Assembly (NCBI GenBank): GCA_000004985.1 | Contig: GG738869.1 | DNA length: 64,000 bases | Direction: 5' to 3' (one strand) | From: Naegleria gruberi | Lineage: Eukaryota | Part shown: in pieces, positions 1-9,630 of the stretch | How positions within the stretch are numbered: position 1 is the stretch's first letter | How the letters are laid out: each line of letters opens with the position of its first letter | Position numbers and translations under genes: made by a program | Notes under the pieces: model-generated | What the model saw: only the letters and a program-made list of their open reading frames with translations | The model's database searches: none | Told to the model about the DNA's origin: nothing

Positions 1-851
1 CCACTCATCAAGGACTTGATTGCTCCAAACTTTGTATTGGAAATGTTTTTGAACATTTCAATGTTGATGAGGAAACCATTAATTATTTGGGACATGTCGT
101 TGGAATGTATTCAGATGATTCATTTGTCAATGAGACTGCTTGTGAATTTATTGAAAAAGTTTCACTTTATGAGGAATCTCTTAATGAAAATGGGAAATCA
201 CCATTTCTTTATCCTAAATATGGATTGGGAGAGTTGACTCAAGTGTTGAATCGTTTTAGTGTATTGAATGAAGCTACTTGCATGTTGGATGCACCAGTTG
301 AGAAGATTCATTATGATGAGAATGGACATGTTTGTGGTGTTGAATCCGATGGGATAATTGCCAGATGTCAAATGATAATTGGTGATTCGAGTTACTTTAC
401 TGAGAGAGTTCAATGTGTTGGAAAGGTAATCCATGCAGTTTGCATTCTTTCTCATCATCCAATTCCCCAAGTATCAAATTCCTGTCAAATCATCTTCCCA
501 AAACCTCAAAATCACAAACATGACATTTACTGTCGTGTATTGAAACACAATCAGGAAATTGCTCCAAATGGAAAATTCCTAGTCTCCATCTCTACCATTG
601 CTGAAACACAAGATCCAGAATCAGAAATTAAGGATGTTCTTGCTTTATTGGAACCAATTGAGGAAAAGTTCATCTCCATTCGTATGGTTAATGAGCCAAC
701 TGAGAATTTGAATGATGGAGTATTCATTACCAAGTCATACGATGCCTCAATGCACTTGGAATCATGTGTAGAGGATGTTGAAGATTTATATGAGAAGATT
801 TGTGGAGAAAAGCTTGATTTTACCAAATTCCAATCTTCATTCTTATTGTAA
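1..851 (+). CDS. GDI: Rab GDP-dissociation inhibitor (GDI), 5'-partial. The window starts inside the gene; the frame is open from nt 3 and the stop is at 849-851.
   Basis: Translation carries GDI hallmarks: SPFLYPKYGLGELTQ (canonical LYPLYGLGELPQ), VCILSHHPIPQVSNSCQIIFP, LLEPIEEKF. The upstream frame (nt 3-86) continues with an INYLGHVVGMY-like segment. Confidence 0.85.
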   Translation, partial: THQGLDCSKLCIGNVFEHFNVDEETINYLGHVVGMYSDDSFVNETACEFIEKVSLYEESLNENGKSPFLYPKYGLGELTQVLNRFSVLNEATCMLDAPVEKIHYDENGHVCGVESDGIIARCQMIIGDSSYFTERVQCVGKVIHAVCILSHHPIPQVSNSCQIIFPKPQNHKHDIYCRVLKHNQEIAPNGKFLVSISTIAETQDPESEIKDVLALLEPIEEKFISIRMVNEPTENLNDGVFITKSYDASMHLESCVEDVEDLYEKICGEKLDFTKFQSSFLL

Positions 852-932
852 ATATTACATGCATGCACACCACCAGAGGTTCTTCTTACCTTTTTGTTGC
901 ATCTTCTCCATAACATGTCCATAAAACAACTT

Positions 933-2183
933 TTATTCCTTATAATTTATAACAGATTCAAGAGCTGGATTCAACTCGATGGCTTTCTTAAAATCGAGTT
1001 GTGCCTTCTCTGTTTCCTGCATGTTTTGATAGACATTACCTCTCAAATGATAGGCACTTGCATGGAGAGGAAGAAGCATTTCCATATGAGGACCAAGTGT
1101 TGGTACAATTTCAATAACTCGAGTGAAATCATCGAGTGCCTTACTATAGTCCTTTGTGAGCGTGAATGCAATTCCTCTATTAAAGTAACCACCTGGGAAA
1201 TTTGGATTCAATTCTATTGCTCTTGTCAAATCAACTATTGCCAAATCATAGTTACTAATCTTACAATAGGCATTTCCTCTATGCATCCAACTCATTGAAA
1301 AATCAGATTTGAGTTCAATAGACTTGGTAAAATCATCAATTGCCTTATCAATTGATTGATATCCAAAATGCAAGTTTCCTCTATTGTAATAACAGTCGAA
1401 TGATGGCTCCAATTCAATACACTTGGTATAGTCGCTCATGGCATTCTCATACTCACCAATGGCACAGTACGAATTTCCTCTATTATAATAAAAATCTGAA
1501 AAATTTGGATCCAAATCAATTGCCTTTGAGAAATCCTTGATTGCCAACTCTTCTTCTTCCATTCTAGTATATAAAAGTCCTCTATTATTGTATGCTGCAT
1601 GGAATGATGGATCCAGCTCAATAGCTCTGGAAAAATCATCCATTGCCTTTGAATTATCAGACATCTCCGAATAGGTAACACCTCTATTGTAATGAAGTTT
1701 ACTCAATACATTAGGTGCAGAAAGGAGTGAAATTGCCTTTGTAAAATCCTCAATAGCAAGATCACCCTGTCTGGTAATTTGATAAATTAATCCTCTCTGT
1801 GAATAGGCATCTCCAAGATTTGGTTCATTCTCAATGACCCTATTGAAATCATCCATTGCCTTTGAATAATCCTTGAAATAATTCATGAAAATCAATCCTC
1901 TCTGAAAGTACAATTCATTCTGAGGTGTTGGATTTTCTCTAATTAATTGATTCAACTCGGCAAACTTTTCCTCACTCTTATCCACTTGAATAATGAGTGG
2001 TGTTTCATCTTGTTGATTTTGTTTAATTTGATGATGAAAATTATGAACAATATTTATCTTTCCGAGTGTTGTTACTAATGATGATATTCCAACCCTCTTG
2101 AAAGAGGACAATTTTCTGGTATCTCCACCAACACTATTTACTATAAACTTTAAGCTAGGATTTGATAGTATTCTTCTAAACAT
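933..2183 (-). CDS. Tetratricopeptide (TPR) repeat protein, 416 aa, single ORF
   Basis: About 10 tandem 34-aa repeats with the pattern AxxDFxKAIELxPxxxxxYxNRGxxY. Convergent with the GDI gene. Confidence 0.7.
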   Translation of the reverse strand: MFRRILSNPSLKFIVNSVGGDTRKLSSFKRVGISSLVTTLGKINIVHNFHHQIKQNQQDETPLIIQVDKSEEKFAELNQLIRENPTPQNELYFQRGLIFMNYFKDYSKAMDDFNRVIENEPNLGDAYSQRGLIYQITRQGDLAIEDFTKAISLLSAPNVLSKLHYNRGVTYSEMSDNSKAMDDFSRAIELDPSFHAAYNNRGLLYTRMEEEELAIKDFSKAIDLDPNFSDFYYNRGNSYCAIGEYENAMSDYTKCIELEPSFDCYYNRGNLHFGYQSIDKAIDDFTKSIELKSDFSMSWMHRGNAYCKISNYDLAIVDLTRAIELNPNFPGGYFNRGIAFTLTKDYSKALDDFTRVIEIVPTLGPHMEMLLPLHASAYHLRGNVYQNMQETEKAQLDFKKAIELNPALESVINYKE

Positions 2184-2578
2184 TTTTTTGAATTGTTTAA
2201 TTGTTTAACTCCGATATTTGCTTTAATTTTCTAATCAATTATGTTATTGAGGAAGTGGTTTAACTTGGGGTTAATCATTACATGATTCCTTATTAATTAC
2301 AATCAGAGGATTCTAAATGAAAATAATCATCATCTTCTATTAATGGCTTGTCAGAGAGAAATCCAAAGCTCTTTTTATGTTCTTCTTCTCTAATGGGCAT
2401 GATGTTTGATAGCAAGAACACAATCATCTTTTGGTTCTTCGCTCCACCATAAACCTTTTCTGTGTTTTCAAAGCACTGAATGACTCAAGTCATCATACGA
2501 TCTTAGCTTGATAATTTAAATACCTGTGTGATGATGTGTTGTTGATCACTTAATCAATTTTTAATATTAGAAAAAAAA

Positions 2579-3151
2579 ATGTTCATCAACAAACGAGTTT
2601 TTATTGCCCTGATGGTGGCTTTCGTATTGGCTTTGAGTTTTGCTTGGGCTAAACCAGAAGATCAGATGGAAGGAGTAACAGAATTGACCGATGCTACCTT
2701 TGAAAGCTTTATCAAATCGAACAAATATGTTGTTGTAGAATTTTATGCTCCGGTAGGTGTTGTTTAATGTACTTTTTGATTTTAAATGTCGATCGTGATG
2801 ATTATAATGATGATTAATGATATGGTGATGATGAATATTCCATATGATAATAATATTATTGATTGGATAATTGTGTTGGAATTATAGTGGTGTGGACATT
2901 GTCAACAATTTGCTAAAAGTTTAGGAAGACTTGGAAAGTTAATTTCTGGATCAAAGAGAGTTGATATTAAGATTGCTAAAGTGGATGGTGACAAGTATGA
3001 ATCATTGGCTAACAAGGTCAACTTGGAAGGTTTCCCAACTCTTTATTTATTTAAGGATGGAAATGTTAAGAAACCAATCACACACGAAGGTTCAATGACA
3101 ACAAAGGGTGTCCTCGATTTTGTCTATGAAAATACCAAGAAAAAGAACTAA
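2579..3151 (+). CDS. Secreted/ER thioredoxin-domain protein (PDI family, CGHC active site). Two exons: 2579..2752 and 2888..3151; intron 2753..2887 with GTAGGT donor and TATAG acceptor.
   Basis: N-terminal signal peptide MFINKRVFIALMVAFVLALSFAWA. Exon 1 ends ...VVVEFYAP and exon 2 begins WCGHCQQFAK.... Splicing restores the thioredoxin active site APWCGHC, and the frame checks (174 + 264 nt). Confidence 0.8.
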
Positions 3152-3335
3152 ATTATTTATTAAAACATTGTAAATTATTATTTATTTAATTGGATGAAAT
3201 CAAATTTATTTAATTACTATAGTATAAGAATCGAATAAATTCAAAGCTTGAACTACATTCTGATTTGGTGAAATACTCTTTTTTAGAAATCAACAAAATA
3301 TTATAAATTAAATATTAAAGTTTTTAAGAAGAAAA

Positions 3336-4562
3336 ATGCAACATTTACAGTTCGTTCCTTCTCCTGAGGAGATTGGCTTTATCAAATCCATTCCTTCGAT
3401 AACATTTTGCAAAATGCACGGATTGGGAAATGATTATATTTACATTAATTGTTGTAATTTATTACATTCATCAGAAGCTAATGATTTCCGAATCTATCTA
3501 AATCATCAACATAATCTAATTGAATATTGTATTCAAAAGTTGTGTCATCGAACATTTGGTATTGGAGCTGATGGTGTAATTTTCATCACGAATCCAACAC
3601 CAGAATTATTGGAGAATGAAACAAATCATCATCAAATAATTCATTGTCAAATGGAAATGTACAATTCCGATGGATCGAGTGGAGAAATGTGTGGAAATGG
3701 ATTGAGATGTGTTGCTCAGTTTGCCTGTGATCGTTTGGTGGAGAGTGGTAAAATTAAAAAACAAACACTTGAGGGAGGACAACTTGGATATAGAATCAAT
3801 GTACAAAGTAATAGAGGAAAGAGATTGTATCAATGTATTTGTTATGAGGATAGGTCTACATTTTCCAAATCTTCACCTCTGATGGTTGAGATTGAGATGG
3901 GAAATTTACAAACAAAAAGTGTTAATTTCTCATTTGAAAATAATTCAAATTCTATTGAATATGTGGAACAGGAGGAGAATTCAATTAGGAAAATCATTTT
4001 CAAACAATATTTGGATTGTGAAATTCCTCTGTATTGTCTTTTGGTACCTAATCCACATGCCATTTGTTGGGTTAATGAAATTTCTTCACAGAATGAGATT
4101 GATAACACAATGAAAGCAGTCGATTCATTCCCACTTCATACAATTGGTCCAATCATTGAAAATTTGAAACAATTATTTCCAAATAGGACCAATGTAGAAT
4201 TCATTGAAACCATTTCAGCTCAGCATATTGAAACAAATGATTCACCTCTCATCAAATCATTAAAATCCAATTGCATTCTCTCTGCCCGTCAACGTACTTG
4301 GGAGAGAGGTAGTGGAGAAACCAATGCATGTGGGACTGGAGCTTTTGCTGTATCTCAAGTTCTCTACTTGAGAAATGCCATCACCAATTCAATTGGCAAT
4401 ATTCCAAATACTGCCACAGTCAGAATATCCCTCAATGGAGGTGATTTATGGTTCAGATATCACAAATCAAATCCAACTTCACTCGATCATATTCAAGTCA
4501 ACATGATTGGTTCTGTCAATTATTCTCACACAGGCTCCTTCAAATTATCAGATTATCAATAA
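3336..4562 (+). CDS. dapF: Diaminopimelate epimerase (DapF)-family protein, 408 aa, intronless, with host-like AT-rich composition
   Basis: All three DapF signature blocks are present: FCKMHGLGNDYIYIN (FxKMHGxGNDF), YNSDGSSGEMCGNGLRCVAQF (NADGSxxExCGNGxRC, Cys73 equivalent) and ERGSGETNACGTGAFAVSQ (ERGAGETxACGxG, Cys217 equivalent). Relative to the ~275-aa bacterial enzymes it has a 25-aa N-terminal extension and insertions. Confidence 0.75.
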   Translation: MQHLQFVPSPEEIGFIKSIPSITFCKMHGLGNDYIYINCCNLLHSSEANDFRIYLNHQHNLIEYCIQKLCHRTFGIGADGVIFITNPTPELLENETNHHQIIHCQMEMYNSDGSSGEMCGNGLRCVAQFACDRLVESGKIKKQTLEGGQLGYRINVQSNRGKRLYQCICYEDRSTFSKSSPLMVEIEMGNLQTKSVNFSFENNSNSIEYVEQEENSIRKIIFKQYLDCEIPLYCLLVPNPHAICWVNEISSQNEIDNTMKAVDSFPLHTIGPIIENLKQLFPNRTNVEFIETISAQHIETNDSPLIKSLKSNCILSARQRTWERGSGETNACGTGAFAVSQVLYLRNAITNSIGNIPNTATVRISLNGGDLWFRYHKSNPTSLDHIQVNMIGSVNYSHTGSFKLSDYQ

Positions 4563-4880
4563 TAAACAACCTTTAAGCTCCTTCCATACAATTCCAAAAA
4601 CACAAAAGAACATTAATGAAATAGCCTGAAACTTTCCATGTTTAATATTTTTCATTTATTTTCTCTTCAATCTTTTGCCAATTCTTTCGAAGTCTCGGAA
4701 AAAGGTGAAGCTTTAGAAAAAAATATCATCACCAAGTTTGCGGAAGCCTTTTTTCTCTCTTGTTGTGTTAGTACCACCTCTTCTCGACTCGTCGTGTTGC
4801 TATTTTTCTCTGATACGCTATAGAATCTTCTTCTTTGGACACCAATTTAAAAACAACTTGGAATATTTGGATAATAGGAA

Positions 4881-7340
4881 ATGAGCAAAAATTCCGAACA
4901 ACAACAACAGCAAGTGGATCCTCTTGCCGATCCTATTGTCGATACAATTACTAATGAACCTGCTACTGATGAAACTGGCTTTATTACTACACCATTTCTT
5001 GGTATGGAATTTCAAAGTATGCCTACTATGGGATCTTTGCAAGATAAGAGTAAGAAAGGAATCAACATTCATGTAGAAAGTGTTGAAGATGCCATTTCCG
5101 AAGTTAATGCATATGAATTGGACTTTTTAGTTATGGATATTTCTATTCATAAACAAACTCATCAACAACAAAAGAAGAATACGCCAAGTCAACCTACACT
5201 TTTGGATTTAAGACAAATTTGCCACAAGCACACAGTTTCTTCTAGACGTTATTTGTTTAGAACAACAGATTGGTCTCACTGTATGGTCGGAAAGGTAGAT
5301 GAATCTGCTTTCCAAGCTGCTTTTGGAATTTACAACAATAACAATAAGAAATTATTATCTTGTGAAAAGCCATACGAAGTTCCTGCAATTGATGAATATC
5401 TTTGCGGACAGCCATCCCCTGTTAAAAAGACAAAACAGAATAATACTCATGCCATTCCATCAACTGCTGGTACTCTTTCACAAGTTCATTTACAAGCTCA
5501 AGCTGCCAAGTTAATCATTCAACAAGAAATTCAATGGGCTTCTCACTTGTGTATTCCTGCTGTTCTTTTCCCAGAACCTCAAGGAAGAGAAATGACCATT
5601 GCTCTTGCTCAATTCATTAACAAGATTCTTCCAAGTATGGGAAGTACTGCTATTTGGGTTCGTTTCAGTGCTCAAAATTATCATTTGTGGAATTTGATGA
5701 GAACCATGTGCCAAAGCCATAGCTTACTTGTTCCAGTTTTGGATGTGAAAAATAGAGATATTGAAGAATTGGCTCAATCATGTAAGCCAACCCAAGTAGA
5801 AGGTGACAAGAAGAAGAAAAAGACAGCAAATACACCTGAAACTGCCCAACATTATCCACATGAAGCCTTTTGGAATCCTTTCGAAAAGCAAACATTCGGA
5901 TGCGAAAATCCACTTGTCACTGCCTTATCTGTATGGATTGCAGAAAATGTGAGAACAATAATTTTGAACTTGGACAATTTTGCTGCTCCACAAAACAATC
6001 AATCACACTTTTTGAATGAGGGATTGGAACAATTTATCAGAAAATCATTCAAATATGATATTCAATTTATTTTCAGTGCTGGAGCAGATGCCTCTCCAAA
6101 TATGAAGATTTACAAGAGATCAATCATGTCATTATTTGAAAATTGCCCAATCTTGTCTAAGGTTGAAGCATTCAGCAAGTCTTTCCGTGACTTTTTACAA
6201 AGACCATTACAACCACTCATTGATAACTTGGAAAGTCAAACTTATGAAGTTTTCGAACGTGATCCAATCAAATATCTTCTCTATGAACAAGCTGCTGAAA
6301 AGGCTCTTGTTGATTTGTATGAAGCTAAGAAGGCCAAACTTGCCAACGACCCAGAAGCCCTCAAGAATATGCGTGTCATTTCCATGGTTTTGGGTGCTGG
6401 TAGAGGTCCAATTGTTAAGGCAGTTTTAAGAGCTGCCAGAACAGTGAATGTTCCAGTGCTGGTTTATGCTGTAGAGAAGAATCCAAATGCTCTCAGTCAT
6501 TTACTCTACTATAGAAAGACTATTTGGAGTACATTTACTCATGTCAATGGTCGTGATAACTTGGATGTTCCAATAGTGGAAGTCATTCAAAAAGATATGC
6601 GTGTGTGGAATCCACCTGAAAAAGCAGATTTATTAGTTTCTGAATTGTTGGGATCTTTTGGTGATAATGAACTGAGTCCAGAATGTTTAGATGGTGCTCA
6701 ACGTCTCTTAAAGGACAATGGAGAAGGTATTTCAATTCCAGCCAAATACACCTCCTATGCAAGCCCATTGTGTAGTTATAAGGTCTGGACTGAGGTTAAG
6801 AACCTTTGTAAATCTACAACCTTTGAACATGCTGCTTTTGAAACTGGTTATGTATGTTTAGTCCATCGTGGTGTTCCACTAGATAAGCCACAAAGATGTT
6901 TCACTTTTGTCCACCCAAATCCTCAAGTCACAGAAGATCTTAAGGAAAAGGAAATACTTCGTGACCATGAAGATGATAGCTCGACTCTTCATGTTCCACT
7001 CATTAATAATGACAGATACGTCTCCCTTAAATTCAAATCACAACAAAATGCTGTTGTCCATGGTTTGATTGGTTACTTTGATTGCCAATTATATAAGGAT
7101 GTTTGGATGAGTATTCTGCCAGATACTTTCTCAACTGGTATGTTCAGTTGGTTCCCAATATTCTTCCCAATTGAAAACCCAGTTGCTGTCAAGAAGGGTG
7201 AAGAAATTGGTGTTCAAATCTGGAGAAATTGTGATATGGACATTGGCAGAAAAGTCTGGTATGAATGGTGTGTCACAACAAATGGCACATGTTCAAAGCT
7301 CCACAATAGTCAAGGCAAACACTATTACATTTCCCTCTAA
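4881..7340 (+). CDS. PRMT5: Protein arginine N-methyltransferase 5 (PRMT5/Skb1/Hsl7 family), 819 aa, single exon
   Basis: SAM-binding motif MVLGAGRGPIV, then LLVSELLGSFGDNELSPECLDGAQ and a C-terminal beta-barrel region. The N-terminal TIM-barrel-like part has a poly-Q at the start. Confidence 0.9.
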   Translation: MSKNSEQQQQQVDPLADPIVDTITNEPATDETGFITTPFLGMEFQSMPTMGSLQDKSKKGINIHVESVEDAISEVNAYELDFLVMDISIHKQTHQQQKKNTPSQPTLLDLRQICHKHTVSSRRYLFRTTDWSHCMVGKVDESAFQAAFGIYNNNNKKLLSCEKPYEVPAIDEYLCGQPSPVKKTKQNNTHAIPSTAGTLSQVHLQAQAAKLIIQQEIQWASHLCIPAVLFPEPQGREMTIALAQFINKILPSMGSTAIWVRFSAQNYHLWNLMRTMCQSHSLLVPVLDVKNRDIEELAQSCKPTQVEGDKKKKKTANTPETAQHYPHEAFWNPFEKQTFGCENPLVTALSVWIAENVRTIILNLDNFAAPQNNQSHFLNEGLEQFIRKSFKYDIQFIFSAGADASPNMKIYKRSIMSLFENCPILSKVEAFSKSFRDFLQRPLQPLIDNLESQTYEVFERDPIKYLLYEQAAEKALVDLYEAKKAKLANDPEALKNMRVISMVLGAGRGPIVKAVLRAARTVNVPVLVYAVEKNPNALSHLLYYRKTIWSTFTHVNGRDNLDVPIVEVIQKDMRVWNPPEKADLLVSELLGSFGDNELSPECLDGAQRLLKDNGEGISIPAKYTSYASPLCSYKVWTEVKNLCKSTTFEHAAFETGYVCLVHRGVPLDKPQRCFTFVHPNPQVTEDLKEKEILRDHEDDSSTLHVPLINNDRYVSLKFKSQQNAVVHGLIGYFDCQLYKDVWMSILPDTFSTGMFSWFPIFFPIENPVAVKKGEEIGVQIWRNCDMDIGRKVWYEWCVTTNGTCSKLHNSQGKHYYISL

Positions 7341-7631
7341 ATTATTAACTTCCTTCCCTCCTAAACAATCACACACTCCCCAAATTTTTCTTTCCCTTTT
7401 CTTCTCATTTCAATAAATCTAAAGAGTTTCATTTAATGTTTTCATTTTGATTAAGGATTCTTGAAAAGATAACACGAACTCAATTAAGCATTTTACCAAT
7501 TAAATTGAATCAGTTTAAAATCATATCTCTTGAATTTCTTCAAGCCAACACTTGATTCCGCCAACAACATCAAGTAAAACATTAAAAAAAATAATTTCAA
7601 AAATAAATTTTTAAAAAAAATACAACAAAAA

Positions 7632-8318
7632 ATGAGCGCTGTTGTCGAATATCTTAAAGCCCCAGTGCACGACCTCTTTGCCTGGGCTCGTATTAGTTCT
7701 ATGTGGCCTGTTACTTTTGGTTTGGCTTGTTGTGCTGTTGAAATGATGCACGTCGCCGCTGCTAGATATGACTTGGAACGTTACGGTATCTTCTTTAGAC
7801 CAACACCTCGTCAATCCGATGCCATGATTATTGCTGGTACCTTGACAAACAAAATGGCTCCTGCTCTTCGTAAAGTTTGGGATCAAATGGCTGAACCACG
7901 TTACTCTGTTTCTATGGGTTCTTGTGCCAATGGTGGTGGTTATTATCACTTTTCTTATCACGTTGTTAGAGGTGCCGATCAAATTATACCTGTGGACGTT
8001 TACGTTCCTGGATGGTAAGTAGTTTTTGTTGTTGTTATTAACTTGTTTTCACAGCCCTCCAACCGCTGTATGTATTATTGTTTTATTATTAGCAAAATAT
8101 TAATATTGTTTTTTGGATAATTTGGATATGTTAAATATAATGGAAATATATAGGAAGCTTTATTATATGGTGTTTATATGCTTCAAAAGAAGATTAAGAG
8201 AAATCCATACAGAAAGGAAATTATGGAACAAGATTTTAACCAACCTGGTAAATTATATAGAGCTGAAAAGGAATTGAGCGTTTCTGATAATTTGAAACTT
8301 TTGAAACAACAAGAATAA
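7632..8318 (+). CDS. NDUFS7: NADH:ubiquinone oxidoreductase 20-kDa subunit (NDUFS7/PSST/NuoB). Three exons: 7632..8014, 8055..8067 (13-nt microexon) and 8154..8318.
   Basis: Exon 1 reads ...[16 protein letters not shown]...[10 protein letters not shown]...IPVDVYVPG plus TG. The microexon C CCT CCA ACC GCT completes the invariant CPPTA. Exon 3 reads [17 protein letters not shown].... Donors are GTAAGT and GTATGT; acceptors are CACAG and ATATAG. The frame checks throughout. Confidence 0.85.
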
Positions 8319-8411
8319 TTTATATATAAATAGTAACGAAGCGAATGAAAAAACCTCAGTGAGTTTCGACAATAAAGAAAGGGTCACTGTTTAATCATTT
8401 TCTTTAGTATT

Positions 8412-9452
8412 TTACAAAATGTTAGCTCTGTGTAAATTACACAACAATTGATTATAGTTGAAAAGAGGTCCATATTGCATATCATGCCAATAATTGACTG
8501 CAACCACAACACCTTCCTCATTGTGGTCCTGAGCCACTTGATGAAGCCATAAAGATGGAAGATATAAAGCATCTCCAGGTCCAATCTCCACTTTGAATGG
8601 AGTGGCATGCTTATATCTTGGGTAAACTTGAATGATTTCCTCTCTAGTTTGTTTATCTGGATCAACATCAATCCAAGGGACTTGCGTATCTTCATCTACA
8701 ATCTTCCATTCATTATCTTCAAAATGATAGTGAGCTTCATTATAATTCTTATAAGGCACATTTACAACATCTGTTGGAGGATAAAGTGTAAAGATTTTCT
8801 TTCCAGCCAATACACAATAAATATTCTCATATGGATCCTTATGTAAACTAGAAGTAGATTGACCATCTCCAATCCACAAATTAACAGCATCTGGTAAATT
8901 ATTAAAAGCTCTCACAGCAAATCCCAATTGTTCTGGAACATCTTGCATGAGTTCTTGAAATTCCTTTGTTAAACTTGAATTTTGATGTTGAGCATAGAAG
9001 ATAGTATTCCATGAATTCATTCCATTAAATTCCTCTTCCTCCTTATCTGGTAAATTATTAAATCTCCTCTTATTAGTCATAAATTGCATAAATTGATTAA
9101 ATTTCATTTTCACTTCCATAGGTTTAATAAATTTTCCTTCATGCACAGCATCAGCCTTTCCATTTGGTGTACAAGCCACAGAAATTTCCTTATCGGAAAG
9201 AACTTGTTTCAAATATTCAACATTCCACTTTTCAGAGGCTGGCCATCCTTCCAAAGCATTCCTAAATATCACTGGTTTATTAGCACTAATATAATGATGA
9301 ACAAAATTTAAAACATCATCCTCATCTTCATAAACTGGAAATCCGTAAAGTTCATCAACTTGTCCTTCCTCTCCGTAGGTTTCCTTGGTTTGTTCCGAGA
9401 GGAGGTCTAATTGTTCGTGGAGCAGGGTTTTCAGTGTGTCGTTTGCGCTCAT
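8412..9452 (-). CDS. JMJD7: JmjC-domain protein, JMJD7 ortholog (2OG/Fe(II) hydroxylase/peptidase), 346 aa
   Basis: Collinear match to JMJD7: PVIFRNALEGWPASEKW, ISVACTPNGKADAV, PDAVNLWIGDGQSTSSLHKDPYENIYCVLAGKKIFTLYPP, VPWIDVDP, GDALYLPSLWLHQVAQ, VNYWHDMQYG. Confidence 0.9.
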   Translation of the reverse strand: MSANDTLKTLLHEQLDLLSEQTKETYGEEGQVDELYGFPVYEDEDDVLNFVHHYISANKPVIFRNALEGWPASEKWNVEYLKQVLSDKEISVACTPNGKADAVHEGKFIKPMEVKMKFNQFMQFMTNKRRFNNLPDKEEEEFNGMNSWNTIFYAQHQNSSLTKEFQELMQDVPEQLGFAVRAFNNLPDAVNLWIGDGQSTSSLHKDPYENIYCVLAGKKIFTLYPPTDVVNVPYKNYNEAHYHFEDNEWKIVDEDTQVPWIDVDPDKQTREEIIQVYPRYKHATPFKVEIGPGDALYLPSLWLHQVAQDHNEEGVVVAVNYWHDMQYGPLFNYNQLLCNLHRANIL

Positions 9453-9630
9453 TTTTTTTTAATTTGTTTTTTAATTTTTTATCTAAATATGGAAGATTTA
9501 AAAATTGCTTTATTTGGATGGTTGAGTGAAAAATGTTAAAGAATTCATAGAATTTTTGAGAATATTTTAAAGAAATAGTTGCAAAAATTCATCTTCTTTA
9601 TTGAAAATTTTAAAATATTTGTAATTTTAA

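Noticed and set aside
198-922. Minus-strand ORFs 198..470 and 551..922
   Set aside because: They are antisense to the Rab GDI coding region, which has strong homology support.
2755-2767. End of track ORF 2579..2767 (…FYAPVGVV-stop)
   Set aside because: The stop lies inside an intron. GTAGGT at 2753 and the acceptor at 2887 restore the thioredoxin CGHC active site, so the read-through residues are not coding.
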